Source: a virus
Lineage: Duplodnaviria; Heunggongvirae; Uroviricota; Caudoviricetes
Virus record (IMG/VR): IMGVR_UViG_641736163_000010
DNA: 39,990 nt
Direction: 5' to 3' (one strand)
Each line of letters opens with the position of its first letter. Position 1 is the first letter of the stretch. A program made the translations under genes and the position numbers. The notes beneath the pieces are model-generated. The model saw only the letters and a program-made list of their open reading frames with translations. It did no database searches and was not told where the DNA came from. This document shows positions 10,406-19,471 of this stretch, one piece after another.

Positions 10406-11046
10406 TTTTCGGAATACCTCTCCCGTTTACTCAGTTGTTCAGGAATATGGTGAAGCAGTTCACCGTTGCCGCAGTAAATGGCGGCATGATTAGCCACCGA
10501 TGCGCCGAAGCAGCACAGCAGGATATCGCCCGGCTGTGCAGAGGACAGGGGCACCCGGTAAAAGCCGGTGACTGCCATATTGTCCAGGTACAGGTTCTGG
10601 CCGTTGCGCCACCAGTCATCCTCGCGATGAAAATCCGGCATATCAATTCCCGCCAGATGGTATGCATCCCGGAACAGCGTGTAACAGTCCGTCACCCCGT
10701 GCTCAAAGCGCCGTCCTGTCAGATGTGGCACACAGCGGAATTTATGAATTTCCCCCCGGCAGACCAGCCACCAGGGCAGTGCGCTTTTTATCTGCAGCCG
10801 CCGGTCAGCCTCGCTCAGCCAGGGCAGCTCACCGGGATGACTGTGGACCAGTGCCACAATCTCCCCCTGTATCTCTGCCCGCAGCCAGTCTTCCGGTGCG
10901 ATACGAAAATACGCCTCCGGCTCTGCGGAAATATTCACACAAGGGATATACCGCTCCCCCTCCGGCGTGCTTATCACGAAGCCGCACGACTCCGCAGGCG
11001 CACACCGCCGGGCATGCGCCAGAATCGCTGATTCAGTCTGTGTCAT
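10303..11046 (-). CDS. K: Tail assembly protein K (JAB/MPN + NlpC/P60-like)
   Basis: Start taken at internal ATG (MTQTESAILAHARRCAPAESCGFV..., matches lambda gpK N-terminus) rather than the ORF-track start at 11307; HSHP motif present. Confidence 0.9.
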   Translation of the reverse strand: MTQTESAILAHARRCAPAESCGFVISTPEGERYIPCVNISAEPEAYFRIAPEDWLRAEIQGEIVALVHSHPGELPWLSEADRRLQIKSALPWWLVCRGEIHKFRCVPHLTGRRFEHGVTDCYTLFRDAYHLAGIDMPDFHREDDWWRNGQNLYLDNMAVTGFYRVPLSSAQPGDILLCCFGASVANHAAIYCGNGELLHHIPEQLSKRERYSEKWQRRTHSVWRHRHWHTSAFTGIYNDLAAASACM

Positions 11047-11056
11047 AAACCGGGAT

Positions 11057-11755
11057 TTACTGCGAAAGTTTATTAATGGAAAGGAAACCGCCAAAATTGC
11101 CGACATTCCTGCGCAGTTCACACCCGCGCATGCACTTGCTGCATCTGTCCTTACGGATATCCGTGGTGGGTTTATCGAACTCATCCGCCACAGCCCCGCC
11201 CGTGTAACCACACTCATCAGAGCGGTAGGTCCACATACAGGTGTTCGCCAGCATGATACGACCGGGAAACAGCGCCCCGTCCGTCTCGGTCGGTGTGGCC
11301 AGCACAAACGAGGCCGTCATGGCTGTCAGCTCCGACATCTGCTCCACCACCCAGCGGTCGCTCAGCTCCTGCTCCGGGTCCGCTTCCGGATTGCCCGCAA
11401 CGAAATTCACCGCATCCAGAAAACGCGCATACACCCGACGGCGGACCACCGTGGCCCCCACCAGACTCTGCAGGTCTTCCGCCATCCCGGTGACCAGACC
11501 GAACAGATTGGACACCGTCAGCGACGGTCTGGCACTGCTGCCTTTCCCGTTCATTTCAAAGCCGCTGCCATCAATCGGGTACGCCTGGTACTTCCGCCCC
11601 TGCCAGGTGACCGGCTCCCCTTTTTCATTCAGCTCATTACAGAAAAAATACCGCTCACCCCCCTGCACCGTCAGGTCAATTTCCCAGAGTACCACCCGCG
11701 GTGACTGCTCTGATTTAACCGACTCGCTCAGACTTTCTTCGTGAATATCCTGCAT
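11057..11755 (-). CDS. L: Minor tail protein L
   Basis: 232 aa, same length as lambda gpL; Cys cluster ...CSKCMRGCE... near C-terminus; position between M and K. Confidence 0.95.
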   Translation of the reverse strand: MQDIHEESLSESVKSEQSPRVVLWEIDLTVQGGERYFFCNELNEKGEPVTWQGRKYQAYPIDGSGFEMNGKGSSARPSLTVSNLFGLVTGMAEDLQSLVGATVVRRRVYARFLDAVNFVAGNPEADPEQELSDRWVVEQMSELTAMTASFVLATPTETDGALFPGRIMLANTCMWTYRSDECGYTGGAVADEFDKPTTDIRKDRCSKCMRGCELRRNVGNFGGFLSINKLSQ

Positions 11756-12084
11756 CAGTTCACCACCTGCTTAAACTCCGCGCTGAACTCAACGCGCAAC
11801 ATCCCGACCCGCGCAGACCACCCGGCACAGGTCACCTTTATCTGCCGGTATGCATAGGGTGGCTTCCACAAAAATGCCTTCCAGCCACCGTGCTCTGCCA
11901 GGAACGCTTCCAGATGCCGGGCCTCCTCCCGGTTCACGGAAAGCGTCACCCTGTATGTTTTCAGGTCAGCATTCAGCCCTGCCGCCATACGCTGTGAGTA
12001 CCCGTCACCAAAACGCACTTCACGCACCGATGGCTGCGAGTTCACCTCCATATCCGGCTTCACTTTCCAGCGAAAGGTTTTCAT
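11755..12084 (-). CDS. M: Minor tail protein M
   Basis: 109 aa; MKTFRWKVKPDMEVNSQPSVREVRFGDGYSQR... matches lambda gpM; overlaps H and L by stop/start coupling. Confidence 0.95.
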   Translation of the reverse strand: MKTFRWKVKPDMEVNSQPSVREVRFGDGYSQRMAAGLNADLKTYRVTLSVNREEARHLEAFLAEHGGWKAFLWKPPYAYRQIKVTCAGWSARVGMLRVEFSAEFKQVVN

Positions 12085-14654
12085 CCACCGCTCCCTGATA
12101 ACATACCGCCATCACGCAACTGCAGCCGGAGTTCATCCTGTGCCCCCTTGCGGGCCATCTCATACACCGCTTTCATCAGCTGCGGCCCTGCCCGCCCGTT
12201 GGGGCCGTCGTTCTGAATCACCACGTGATTGTTCTGATTAAAATTAATGCCTTCCGCCCGCCGCATCTGCGCCGGACTTCCGGCACCGCCGACATAACCA
12301 CCTTCCGCATAGCCCCGCATCAGGCGGTACAGATTGCCGACACCAATCCGGCTGGTCGCCTCCTTCGTGAAGACAAACTCCCCGCGATGAACAATCCCCG
12401 CAGGTTCATATTTACCCCCCGTCCCCGTAAATCCCCCGGTCGCGAAATGGAAGTTCGCCGCCGCAGCCTGAATGGCTGTACCGCCTGACGCGGATGCGCC
12501 GCCACCAACAGCCCCGCCAATGGCGCTGCCGATACTCCCGACTATCCCCACCATCGCCTGCTTCAGAAAAATCTCTGTCAGCATGGACAGCACAGAACGG
12601 GTGAAACCACGCCAGTTCTGTTCGCTGCCGGTCAGCATCGCTGCCATATTCTGTGCAATACCGTCAAAGGTCTGCGTGGCTGCACTTTTTACCTGCGACA
12701 TACTGTCCGTCGCACTTTCCGCCCACTCGCCCCAGCCGGACTTCATCCCGGCCATCCAGCTTCCACGAAGCTGCTCCTCCGCAGACCAGGTGTTCTTCAG
12801 TGCAGATGTGGCCTTCGCCAGCGCAACCGGATTATCACCGTACACCTCACGAAGGCGCTGCTCTTCCGACTCCCGCTGCGCCTGACGGTCGGTGAGTCCG
12901 CGGGCTTTTGCGCTGATTGCCGCCTGCTTCGCGCTCTGCTGCTGTTCAAACCGCGCCGCCTGCTGTGCCAGCTCATTCAGCCGCTTCTGGTGTTCAATCT
13001 TGTCTCCCAGCTCAGCCAGCTGGCGTTTGTACTCCAGCGTCTCTTTCTCATGAGCCAGCAGGGATTTTTCCTGCTCAGATAACTGCCGTTTCGTGGCGGC
13101 CTCTTTCAGGACCACATACTGATTTTCCGCTTCCCATAAATCCCGGCGCTGCTGGCTGATTTTCTCATTCACACCGCTGTGTTTTTCCAGCGTCCTGAGC
13201 TCGGTTTCAAGCGCCAGCATGGCTGCATGCGCCCGGTCTTCCTGGCGCTCACCGGCAGACACCTTCACACCTGACGGCTTTTTCAGCGTCGATTCATAAT
13301 CCTTTTTTGCCGACGCCATCAGCGTGTTGTAATCCGCCTGCAGGATTTTTCCGTCTTTCAGGGCCTTATTCAGCTCTTTCTGACGGGCGGTATATTTCTC
13401 CAGTGGCGTCTGCAGGCGCTCATACGCCTTCTGCGCCTCTCCGGTATACTTCAGCTGTGACGCCTCACGCTCAGCCCGGTCCCTTGCCGCCAGTTCACCG
13501 GCTTTTTCCATATCCGACTGCAGCGTGGCCGCTGCCAGACCCAGACGGGCATTTTCCCGGTCATCCCATGCCCCCTGAAGGTTCGCACGAAAAGAGGAGG
13601 TCTTTCCCCGGCGCTGGCTCCGGCTCTGGTACCACTGCCATTTTTTATCCGCCTCATCAAATGCCTTCTGCGCACTGGCGAGCATATCCGCTGAGGATTC
13701 AGGACGACCGATATCCAGAATGGCATCCCACATCGATTTGAATGCCTTCCCTGTTTTATCCGCCCAGGTCTCCAGTGTTCCCATGTTTTCTTTCAGGCGA
13801 CGGGTCTGCTCATCAAAGCCTTTCGTGGCGATATCGTTCGCCGCCTGCAATGCCCCGGCCTCGTCTCCGGAACGCTGCAGCTGTGCAACATACGCAATCT
13901 GCTCTGCCGTCACGTTACGGAACTGGCGCGCCATCGCCATCAGTCCCGACGTCGGGTCAGTGGTCAGCTTCCCGAAGGCTTCAGCGACTTTATCCACCTC
14001 CACACCGGATGCAGACGCAAAACGCGCGACACTCTGGTTGATGGCATCAAACTGTTCACCACCACGCACACCGGCATTCACCAGGGCTGCCAGTGACTCT
14101 CTCGCCTGGTTAAACGTCAGCCCTGCTGCCTGCCCGGCTCTTGAGAGAGTCAGCATACGATCGGCAGTCAGTCCGGACTGATTACCGGAAAGAACCAGGG
14201 TTTTATTAAACGCTGAAAGCGTGGAATCTCCCTGGTACCAGGCGTACACCAGCGCACCTGTCGCCACCGCCAGCGAGGTGACCCCGACCATCGGCAGGGT
14301 GATCGCACCGGCAAGCCCCCTGAACATGGGGATCATCCCGCCGAAGGAGTCCTTCACCTGACCGCCCTGTTGCAGCAGGATCAGCCAGGGATTCTGACCA
14401 CCTGCAAGCTGCGTGGCGATATCCGTAAACTGTGCGGGCAGGGTTCGCATGGCCGCTTTATACTGCCCGACGGAAATCCCGGCTTTTTGTGCAGCCAGCG
14501 CCTGGCGGCTCAGGCCCTGTTCAACAGCACTGGCGGTTTTTCTGGCGTCGGTATCCAGACCTGAAAAATGACGCCTTACCCGGCTCATCTGCTCATCGAA
14601 ACGGACAGCATCCAGACTAAGGTCAATAACAAGATCACCAACCGGCTGGGACAT
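12081..14654 (-). CDS. H: Tail tape measure protein H
   Basis: 857 aa; near-identical to lambda gpH over long stretches (e.g. ...GMIPMFRGLAGAITLPMVG..., C-terminal ...FHFATGGFTGTGGKYEPAGIVHRGEFVFTKEATSRIGVGNLYRLMRGYA...). Confidence 0.97.
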   Translation of the reverse strand: MSQPVGDLVIDLSLDAVRFDEQMSRVRRHFSGLDTDARKTASAVEQGLSRQALAAQKAGISVGQYKAAMRTLPAQFTDIATQLAGGQNPWLILLQQGGQVKDSFGGMIPMFRGLAGAITLPMVGVTSLAVATGALVYAWYQGDSTLSAFNKTLVLSGNQSGLTADRMLTLSRAGQAAGLTFNQARESLAALVNAGVRGGEQFDAINQSVARFASASGVEVDKVAEAFGKLTTDPTSGLMAMARQFRNVTAEQIAYVAQLQRSGDEAGALQAANDIATKGFDEQTRRLKENMGTLETWADKTGKAFKSMWDAILDIGRPESSADMLASAQKAFDEADKKWQWYQSRSQRRGKTSSFRANLQGAWDDRENARLGLAAATLQSDMEKAGELAARDRAEREASQLKYTGEAQKAYERLQTPLEKYTARQKELNKALKDGKILQADYNTLMASAKKDYESTLKKPSGVKVSAGERQEDRAHAAMLALETELRTLEKHSGVNEKISQQRRDLWEAENQYVVLKEAATKRQLSEQEKSLLAHEKETLEYKRQLAELGDKIEHQKRLNELAQQAARFEQQQSAKQAAISAKARGLTDRQAQRESEEQRLREVYGDNPVALAKATSALKNTWSAEEQLRGSWMAGMKSGWGEWAESATDSMSQVKSAATQTFDGIAQNMAAMLTGSEQNWRGFTRSVLSMLTEIFLKQAMVGIVGSIGSAIGGAVGGGASASGGTAIQAAAANFHFATGGFTGTGGKYEPAGIVHRGEFVFTKEATSRIGVGNLYRLMRGYAEGGYVGGAGSPAQMRRAEGINFNQNNHVVIQNDGPNGRAGPQLMKAVYEMARKGAQDELRLQLRDGGMLSGSGG

Positions 14655-15506
14655 ATCTCACACCTCCCGGAATCCCCGCTGAAGCCATCATTAATGCGGC
14701 ATCATCCACCATGACATCTGCCACATCCGCAGACGATAAAATATCGCGCCCTCCGTCCCCACCGAACCGGACGCCTCCGGCAAGTCCTGCCGCTTTCTGC
14801 ATCAGCATTTTGTCCTCATCCGGCCTCTCCACCTGCTCTTCCTCATGCCGGGGGACAAGCAGACTGAAATCAGAGGGATGCATATCCGGATCGCAAAAAA
14901 ACAGGCTGAGTACAGCGTACGTCAGCCCGGAAAAATGCATATCCAGCTGGGTATCCTGAAAATAATGCGTGCGGTAAAAACGGTGCCAGTCGGCATATTC
15001 GGTGGATGTCATCCCGGCAAGCATGGCGCGCCAGTCGGGTCTCCCCATCTCACGCGCCAGTCTGAGGGCAAAGTTCAGCTCGCCGTCGAAGACTTTCCCG
15101 CAGAAAAATCATCATCAGTCAGCGTGTTATTTTTCGCCACTTCAGTAATATCAGTATCCGGACGAACAGCTTCGATCATCCCGGACAGGCACAACACCAC
15201 GTCTTCCGCCCGGGCAATGGCATCGGCAGGCCAGGTGGTGAGCACTTCCTGCTCTATCTTCATCACGGCCTCATTCATTGACGGTGACTGCGTTTTCTGT
15301 GGATGGTTATGCCACAGGGACATCGCCACCAGAAACGCGCCGGTTCTGACGAGATCTTCCACGCTTACCTGCAGGTTGCCGCAGGATTCTGCCTGTTCTG
15401 CACGCCGTTTCAGGAGGGCAAGATGCTCGATACGCTGCAGCGCAGACAATTCGGAAAGCGTGACAGACACACCGTTATATTCAAATTGTTCTGTTTTCAG
15501 AAACAT
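14635..15506 (-). CDS. T: Tail assembly chaperone G-T fusion (made by programmed -1 ribosomal frameshift near 15093-15099)
   Basis: T ORF (14635-15048) is in the -1 frame relative to G and open upstream to the slip site; minus-strand heptamer G GGA AAG (plus-strand ctttccc) is the conserved lambda G/T slippery sequence. Confidence 0.85.
15075..15506 (-). CDS. G: Tail assembly chaperone G
   Basis: 143 aa; MFLKTEQFEYNGVSVTLSELSALQRIEHLALLKRRAEQAES... matches lambda gpG; ends ...FSAGKSSTAS with the GGGAAAG slip site in the last codons. Confidence 0.95.
   Translation of the reverse strand: MFLKTEQFEYNGVSVTLSELSALQRIEHLALLKRRAEQAESCGNLQVSVEDLVRTGAFLVAMSLWHNHPQKTQSPSMNEAVMKIEQEVLTTWPADAIARAEDVVLCLSGMIEAVRPDTDITEVAKNNTLTDDDFSAGKSSTAS
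15093..15099 (-). promoter_or_regulatory. Programmed -1 frameshift slippery heptamer GGGAAAG (G to G-T)
   Basis: Read directly; frame arithmetic of the G and T ORFs is consistent with a -1 shift here. Confidence 0.8.
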
Positions 15507-15519
15507 GTATTACCTCCGT

Positions 15520-16272
15520 TTACCCTGCAGCGCCCGCTTCAGTAACGGTGACTTCAGCCACTGCGGCGAACTGACCATTTCCGCTCACCACAGGGATCTG
15601 CACCTTACCTGTCGCCACGCCGTTTACCGTAATTGTCATATCTTTCACACTAATGGTGGCTTTCGACGGATCGGCGGAAACCGCTCTGAACGTCTTGTCG
15701 GTTGCACTTTCCGGCTCAAAAGAAACCGTCAGGGTGGTTGTTTTCCCTTTTGCCACCGTACCGGATGTCGGCGTCACCTTAATCGCACTGACCGGCGTAA
15801 TTTTGCTGCGTTCTTCCGCTACAGAAGGTTTACCCACGTTAGTGACTTTCACCGTGCGGGTGATCACTTCTTTCGCCGTCACGGCCTTACCGATACTGCT
15901 GACCCAGCCACGAAACACATCCACCGTGCCATTCGGAAAACGGATTTTATAGGCCCGGACATCGCCGCTTTCAAACCAGCCTATAAGCCCTTTCTGGCCT
16001 TCCTCTCCCGGTTTCCAGGCCAGCGTAAAACTGGTATCACCTGCAGATTTCTGCCCCTGCCCGGTCGCGGTCCAGTCCGCGTCTTCATCATCCAGGTAGT
16101 TATCATCGTAGGATTCTGCCGTCATCTCGCCCGGCGTCAGATCCTTCACCTTAGCCAGTCGCTGCCAGTCATCGTCTGACAACGGGTTTGCATAAGCATC
16201 ACCCTTGCCGTTGTAAACCCACAGAGTGGTACCGGCACCTTTTACCGGCTCAAGGGGATTTGGTGTTGCCAT
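15520..16272 (-). CDS. V: Major tail protein V (with C-terminal Ig-like/Big_2 domain)
   Basis: 250 aa; ...[76 protein letters not shown]... matches lambda gpV. Confidence 0.96.
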   Translation of the reverse strand: MATPNPLEPVKGAGTTLWVYNGKGDAYANPLSDDDWQRLAKVKDLTPGEMTAESYDDNYLDDEDADWTATGQGQKSAGDTSFTLAWKPGEEGQKGLIGWFESGDVRAYKIRFPNGTVDVFRGWVSSIGKAVTAKEVITRTVKVTNVGKPSVAEERSKITPVSAIKVTPTSGTVAKGKTTTLTVSFEPESATDKTFRAVSADPSKATISVKDMTITVNGVATGKVQIPVVSGNGQFAAVAEVTVTEAGAAG

Positions 16273-16279
16273 ATCGTCC

Positions 16280-16675
16280 TCACATCTCGTATGTAATGGA
16301 ATAAGTCAGATCTGCAGAACTCCATAACGCCATATCGTCATCACGACGATACTCATAGCCCTGCGTAACCATCGTGGTAATCAGTCCTGCCAGTGCCGGG
16401 ATCGCGGTCATCGCCGGGTAAATCCGGCTTTCCATCCACTGATCAAGCTCTGAATCCGGTACCTGTGCCGGTAAAAACACCTCAATATGCAGCGTGGCCC
16501 GCCAGGTATCTGCATCCAGCTCTTCACCGGTATACTCTGCATCCGTCAGATAAACCGCGATCGCAGGAAAATCCTCTTCGTCAAAAACAACGGGGCGACC
16601 ATCAAACAGCGTCGCCCCGTGTTCATGCTGCTCGAGTGCATCCAGCACTGCGGCACGAATGTCAGTGTGTTTCAT
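16280..16675 (-). CDS. U: Tail tube terminator protein U
   Basis: 131 aa, same length as lambda gpU; position between Z and V. Confidence 0.95.
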   Translation of the reverse strand: MKHTDIRAAVLDALEQHEHGATLFDGRPVVFDEEDFPAIAVYLTDAEYTGEELDADTWRATLHIEVFLPAQVPDSELDQWMESRIYPAMTAIPALAGLITTMVTQGYEYRRDDDMALWSSADLTYSITYEM

Positions 16676-17205
16676 CGTTTTATTGCAATCCTCAGTTGTT
16701 GTTTCAGCGCGTATGCCAGTTCTTTAGGCAGGCGTTCACGCCGGATACGGTCAACATTCTCATCAAATGCCTGTTTCAGTGGGGCCGCCATCGGGATTTT
16801 CACCACATCAATGGGGTAACGGTTTTTCCCGGCCACACGCTGCATGACATGCCAGCGACCATTTTTTAATCGCTGAATAAATGCCCGCTGATACCGATGC
16901 TGACCGGCTTTAAGTATGCTGTTCGGGCGACGCCCCAGCATCCTGATCCCCAGCTTAATCACAGGGAGATCACCGCGGTTAACGATAATTTTGGCATTCG
17001 GATTTCTGACCGTCGCCCGTTTCAGTCTGGACCGTTCCTTTACCAGTTTCCGGCGAACCTTTGTCTCCCGGGCAACCTGTGATGAAGACTGATTAATCGC
17101 CGTTGTGGCCACGCGGTTAATGGCCATTGCTGAAGCCGCCGGAATGGCGTTTTTACGAACCCGGCTCAGATTGTCAATCGCCTGATCAAGCCCTTTTATC
17201 GCCAT
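16672..17205 (-). CDS. Z: Minor tail protein Z (tail completion)
   Basis: 177 aa; MAIKGLDQAIDNLSRVRKNAIPAASAMAINRVATTAINQSSSQVARETKVRRKLVKERSRLKRATV... matches lambda gpZ. Confidence 0.92.
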   Translation of the reverse strand: MAIKGLDQAIDNLSRVRKNAIPAASAMAINRVATTAINQSSSQVARETKVRRKLVKERSRLKRATVRNPNAKIIVNRGDLPVIKLGIRMLGRRPNSILKAGQHRYQRAFIQRLKNGRWHVMQRVAGKNRYPIDVVKIPMAAPLKQAFDENVDRIRRERLPKELAYALKQQLRIAIKR

Positions 17206-17220
17206 AATTTCACCCTGCGT

Positions 17221-17574
17221 TTATCGTCGCCGGTTAACTGCGGGTGGTTGACCACGGTTGAGCCAGAGATAACAGCTGCCCCCGTCATCCGGAGAAACAC
17301 GATCCACCCAGAATATCTCACCATTAATGGTCAGCGTGTCACCACGCCGCACGGCACGAACCGTATCCGTCCGCACAAATAATGACGGGCTGCTTCCTTC
17401 AATACGGACCCCGCCACCGGCAAACCCCAGCGACTCCGGATCATCAAAAACCCCCTGAACTTCGCTGCCACACTGTGCCCCCGAGGTGAACTGCGCACAG
17501 AGCCCCATCACTTCAACGATCGTACTGTCTACCCCGGCGAGGGCAGCATCAAAGGCATTCTGAAAATCACGCAT
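17221..17574 (-). CDS. FII: Head-tail connector protein FII
   Basis: 117 aa; ...VFDDPESLGFAGGGVRIEGSSPSLFVRTD...RVSPDDGGSCYLWLNRGQPPAVNRRR matches lambda gpFII. Confidence 0.93.
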   Translation of the reverse strand: MRDFQNAFDAALAGVDSTIVEVMGLCAQFTSGAQCGSEVQGVFDDPESLGFAGGGVRIEGSSPSLFVRTDTVRAVRRGDTLTINGEIFWVDRVSPDDGGSCYLWLNRGQPPAVNRRR

Positions 17575-17950
17575 ATTCAGCCGTTCCGTGCTGTATCATG
17601 GCCGTTGCCAGTGATGATGGCACCAGAACACGCATACCCCGTAACGCCAGCTCAACGGGACGACCTGTCTCCGGGCAATACCCCATTACTTGCAGGCACT
17701 TCCGTACCCGGACGGCTTTAACATCATCCGGAGCATCCGTGTTGTTCAACTGCTCACCATCGTCTGTGTGATTTTGATCAGCCCCGCTCTCATCAGAGTG
17801 CATAATGCCCTCCGGGGAAACAGCAAGCTCCTCTTCCCACTCAGACACACGTTGAGCAATATCCGCAGCACTCCCCGACATATCCGCCTCGCGCCCCAGC
17901 AGGCCAGCCAGTTGACGAAGACGATTCAGATTTTCTTCTTTTGTTGCCAT
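17567..17950 (-). CDS. FI: DNA-packaging/head-completion protein FI-like
   Basis: Start placed at internal ATG (MATKEENLNRLRQLAG...) preceded by GGAGG; position between E and FII; N-terminus FI-like, C-terminal half divergent from lambda. Confidence 0.7.
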   Translation of the reverse strand: MATKEENLNRLRQLAGLLGREADMSGSAADIAQRVSEWEEELAVSPEGIMHSDESGADQNHTDDGEQLNNTDAPDDVKAVRVRKCLQVMGYCPETGRPVELALRGMRVLVPSSLATAMIQHGTAEYA

Positions 17951-17963
17951 CTCAGCCTCCTGT

Positions 17964-17993
17964 GAAAAAAGACACGGGGGCATTTCGCCCCCG
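17964..17993 (-). terminator. Terminator-like hairpin immediately downstream of major capsid gene E
   Basis: Minus strand CGGGGG-cgaaatg-CCCCCG followed by GTGTCTTTTTTC; likely partial terminator or RNA-stability element. Confidence 0.45.
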
Positions 17994-18001
17994 CTCACGG
18001 A

Positions 18002-19030
18002 TTATTTCACCTGTACCACCACAAACTCATCCGGATCCGGCAGCACCATCAGCGGAGCGGACTGCGTCATGGTGAATTCACAGGACGGATCGCCCACGGT
18101 CAGCCAGTGTTTCGGGTAACGGGAAGAAGCCACCACTCCTTCAGACAACGCCTGTGCATCCTTAATGGCACCATAGCAACGAATGCCCTCTGCTGCCGTA
18201 TTCCCCAGCACCAGCATGCCCTCCGGCAGATAACGTTTTTCGGTACCGTCCTCTGCCACATAAGACGTTTTCGCCACCACAATGGCCAGATCGCCGTAAT
18301 ACCCCTTGAAGGACACCACTGCGCCCAGATCTTTCACTGCCGTTTCGAGTTGTGAATTTGAGCCGCGACGGGTATCCAGTTTTTCGCGGAACAGCTTAAA
18401 GCCATTCAGCAGACGCCAGACCGTACCGTCCATAATGGCGATATTCACAAGGCCGCTGGCCTGATCGCAGTAGAGGTCAATATCATGCGTCGGATCAAAC
18501 GTATCACGGTCCTGCTCAGACCATTTTTTACCGTCGGCCTGCTCAATGTTATTTCCTTCAGAGCGTCCGAAATCCACCTCGACCGTGTCAAACTGTTCCC
18601 CTTCCATGGTGTATTTGCCATACAGCACGGCATTCACCGCCTGCATTTCTTCCACCTGGACAATAGCGTGCTCTTCCTGTTTGAGGTTATCGGTAATGAT
18701 ACGCAGACGACGGTAGGCCGGGTCGTTCAGCTGAGCCGGATCTTCACCGGGAAGGCGCTCAACCGCCTGCTGGTAATTAAATTCGTGTTTCGGCTTGACG
18801 TAGCCCGGACGCAACACGCGGGTTTCACCACCACGATGGCGCAGCACTTTTCCTTCAACGATCGGGGAGACATAGGCCGCCACCGGCGTTTTTCCGGTAA
18901 TTTTGTCCAGCATCACCTCTTCGGTGTGGAAATTCACCGTACGGCGGAAAAACAGCTCCAGAAATAGCGCACGGAATTTAACTTTTTGTTCGGTATAACC
19001 GAGTAACTGGCGGGTCGTAAACAATCCCAT
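18002..19030 (-). CDS. E: Major capsid protein E
   Basis: 342 aa; ...GYVKPKHE...DPAYRRLRII...QVEEMQAVNAVLYGKYTMEGE...KLDTRRGSNSQLETAVKDLG...MTQSAPLMVLPDPDEFVVVQ matches lambda gpE. Confidence 0.96.
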   Translation of the reverse strand: MGLFTTRQLLGYTEQKVKFRALFLELFFRRTVNFHTEEVMLDKITGKTPVAAYVSPIVEGKVLRHRGGETRVLRPGYVKPKHEFNYQQAVERLPGEDPAQLNDPAYRRLRIITDNLKQEEHAIVQVEEMQAVNAVLYGKYTMEGEQFDTVEVDFGRSEGNNIEQADGKKWSEQDRDTFDPTHDIDLYCDQASGLVNIAIMDGTVWRLLNGFKLFREKLDTRRGSNSQLETAVKDLGAVVSFKGYYGDLAIVVAKTSYVAEDGTEKRYLPEGMLVLGNTAAEGIRCYGAIKDAQALSEGVVASSRYPKHWLTVGDPSCEFTMTQSAPLMVLPDPDEFVVVQVK

Positions 19031-19058
19031 AAATCAGTTCCTTTCATTCAGAAATCAG

Positions 19059-19080
19059 TCAGGCCACCATGGTGGCCTGA
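19059..19080. repeat. 22-bp perfect palindrome tcaggccaccatggtggcctga between D and E
   Basis: Self-complementary as read; lies 8 nt downstream of the D stop. Confidence 0.5.
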
Positions 19081-19087
19081 TAACGTG

Positions 19088-19435
19088 TTACGGCAGAGCC
19101 GCGTGACTCAGGGCTGTGCCGGCAAAGGCATTTGCCTTTTTGTGTTCATCCACACTGTCAGGCCAGCGGATTGCCTCCGTCGCAAAGGTCCCCGACTTGT
19201 AATAGGTCAGCACCGTCTCTGTGCCTTCAAGCGGCAGTACCAGTATGCCAACCGCACTACCGGCTTTCTGTCCATCCCAGACCACCAGTTTCCCGGTGAC
19301 TTCATCCAGCATCAGGGGCGTCAGAGCCGGTGTTGCAGAAGAAATCCCGCTGCTGCCTGTGGCGGTATGAGCCGGATCATTACCGGCAAAAATACGTACT
19401 TCCGCACGCTGTTCAGTGATGGTTTTCGTCACCAT
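19088..19435 (-). CDS. D: Head decoration protein D
   Basis: 115 aa; ...GNDPAHTATGSSGISSATPALTPLMLDEVTGKLVVWDGQKAGSAVGILV...YKSGTF...AFAGTA matches lambda gpD. Confidence 0.93.
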   Translation of the reverse strand: MVTKTITEQRAEVRIFAGNDPAHTATGSSGISSATPALTPLMLDEVTGKLVVWDGQKAGSAVGILVLPLEGTETVLTYYKSGTFATEAIRWPDSVDEHKKANAFAGTALSHAALP

Positions 19436-19471
19436 TTTGTTAAAACCTCATATTGATGGTCAGCACTGACT

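Noticed and set aside
10303-11307. ORF-track start of K at 11307, giving a 334-aa product overlapping L
   Set aside because: The N-terminal 87 residues overlap gene L in another frame and have no similarity to gpK; the conserved K N-terminus MTQTESAIL begins at the internal ATG 11046.
12225-14181. Plus-strand ORFs inside the tape measure gene H (12472-12885, 13307-13741, 13720-14181 and others)
   Set aside because: Antisense or out of frame within a gene near-identical to lambda H; composition-driven.
14845-16179. 444-aa plus-strand ORF spanning G and V
   Set aside because: Overlaps two conserved minus-strand tail genes; translation is Cys/Arg-rich nonsense with no domain signature.
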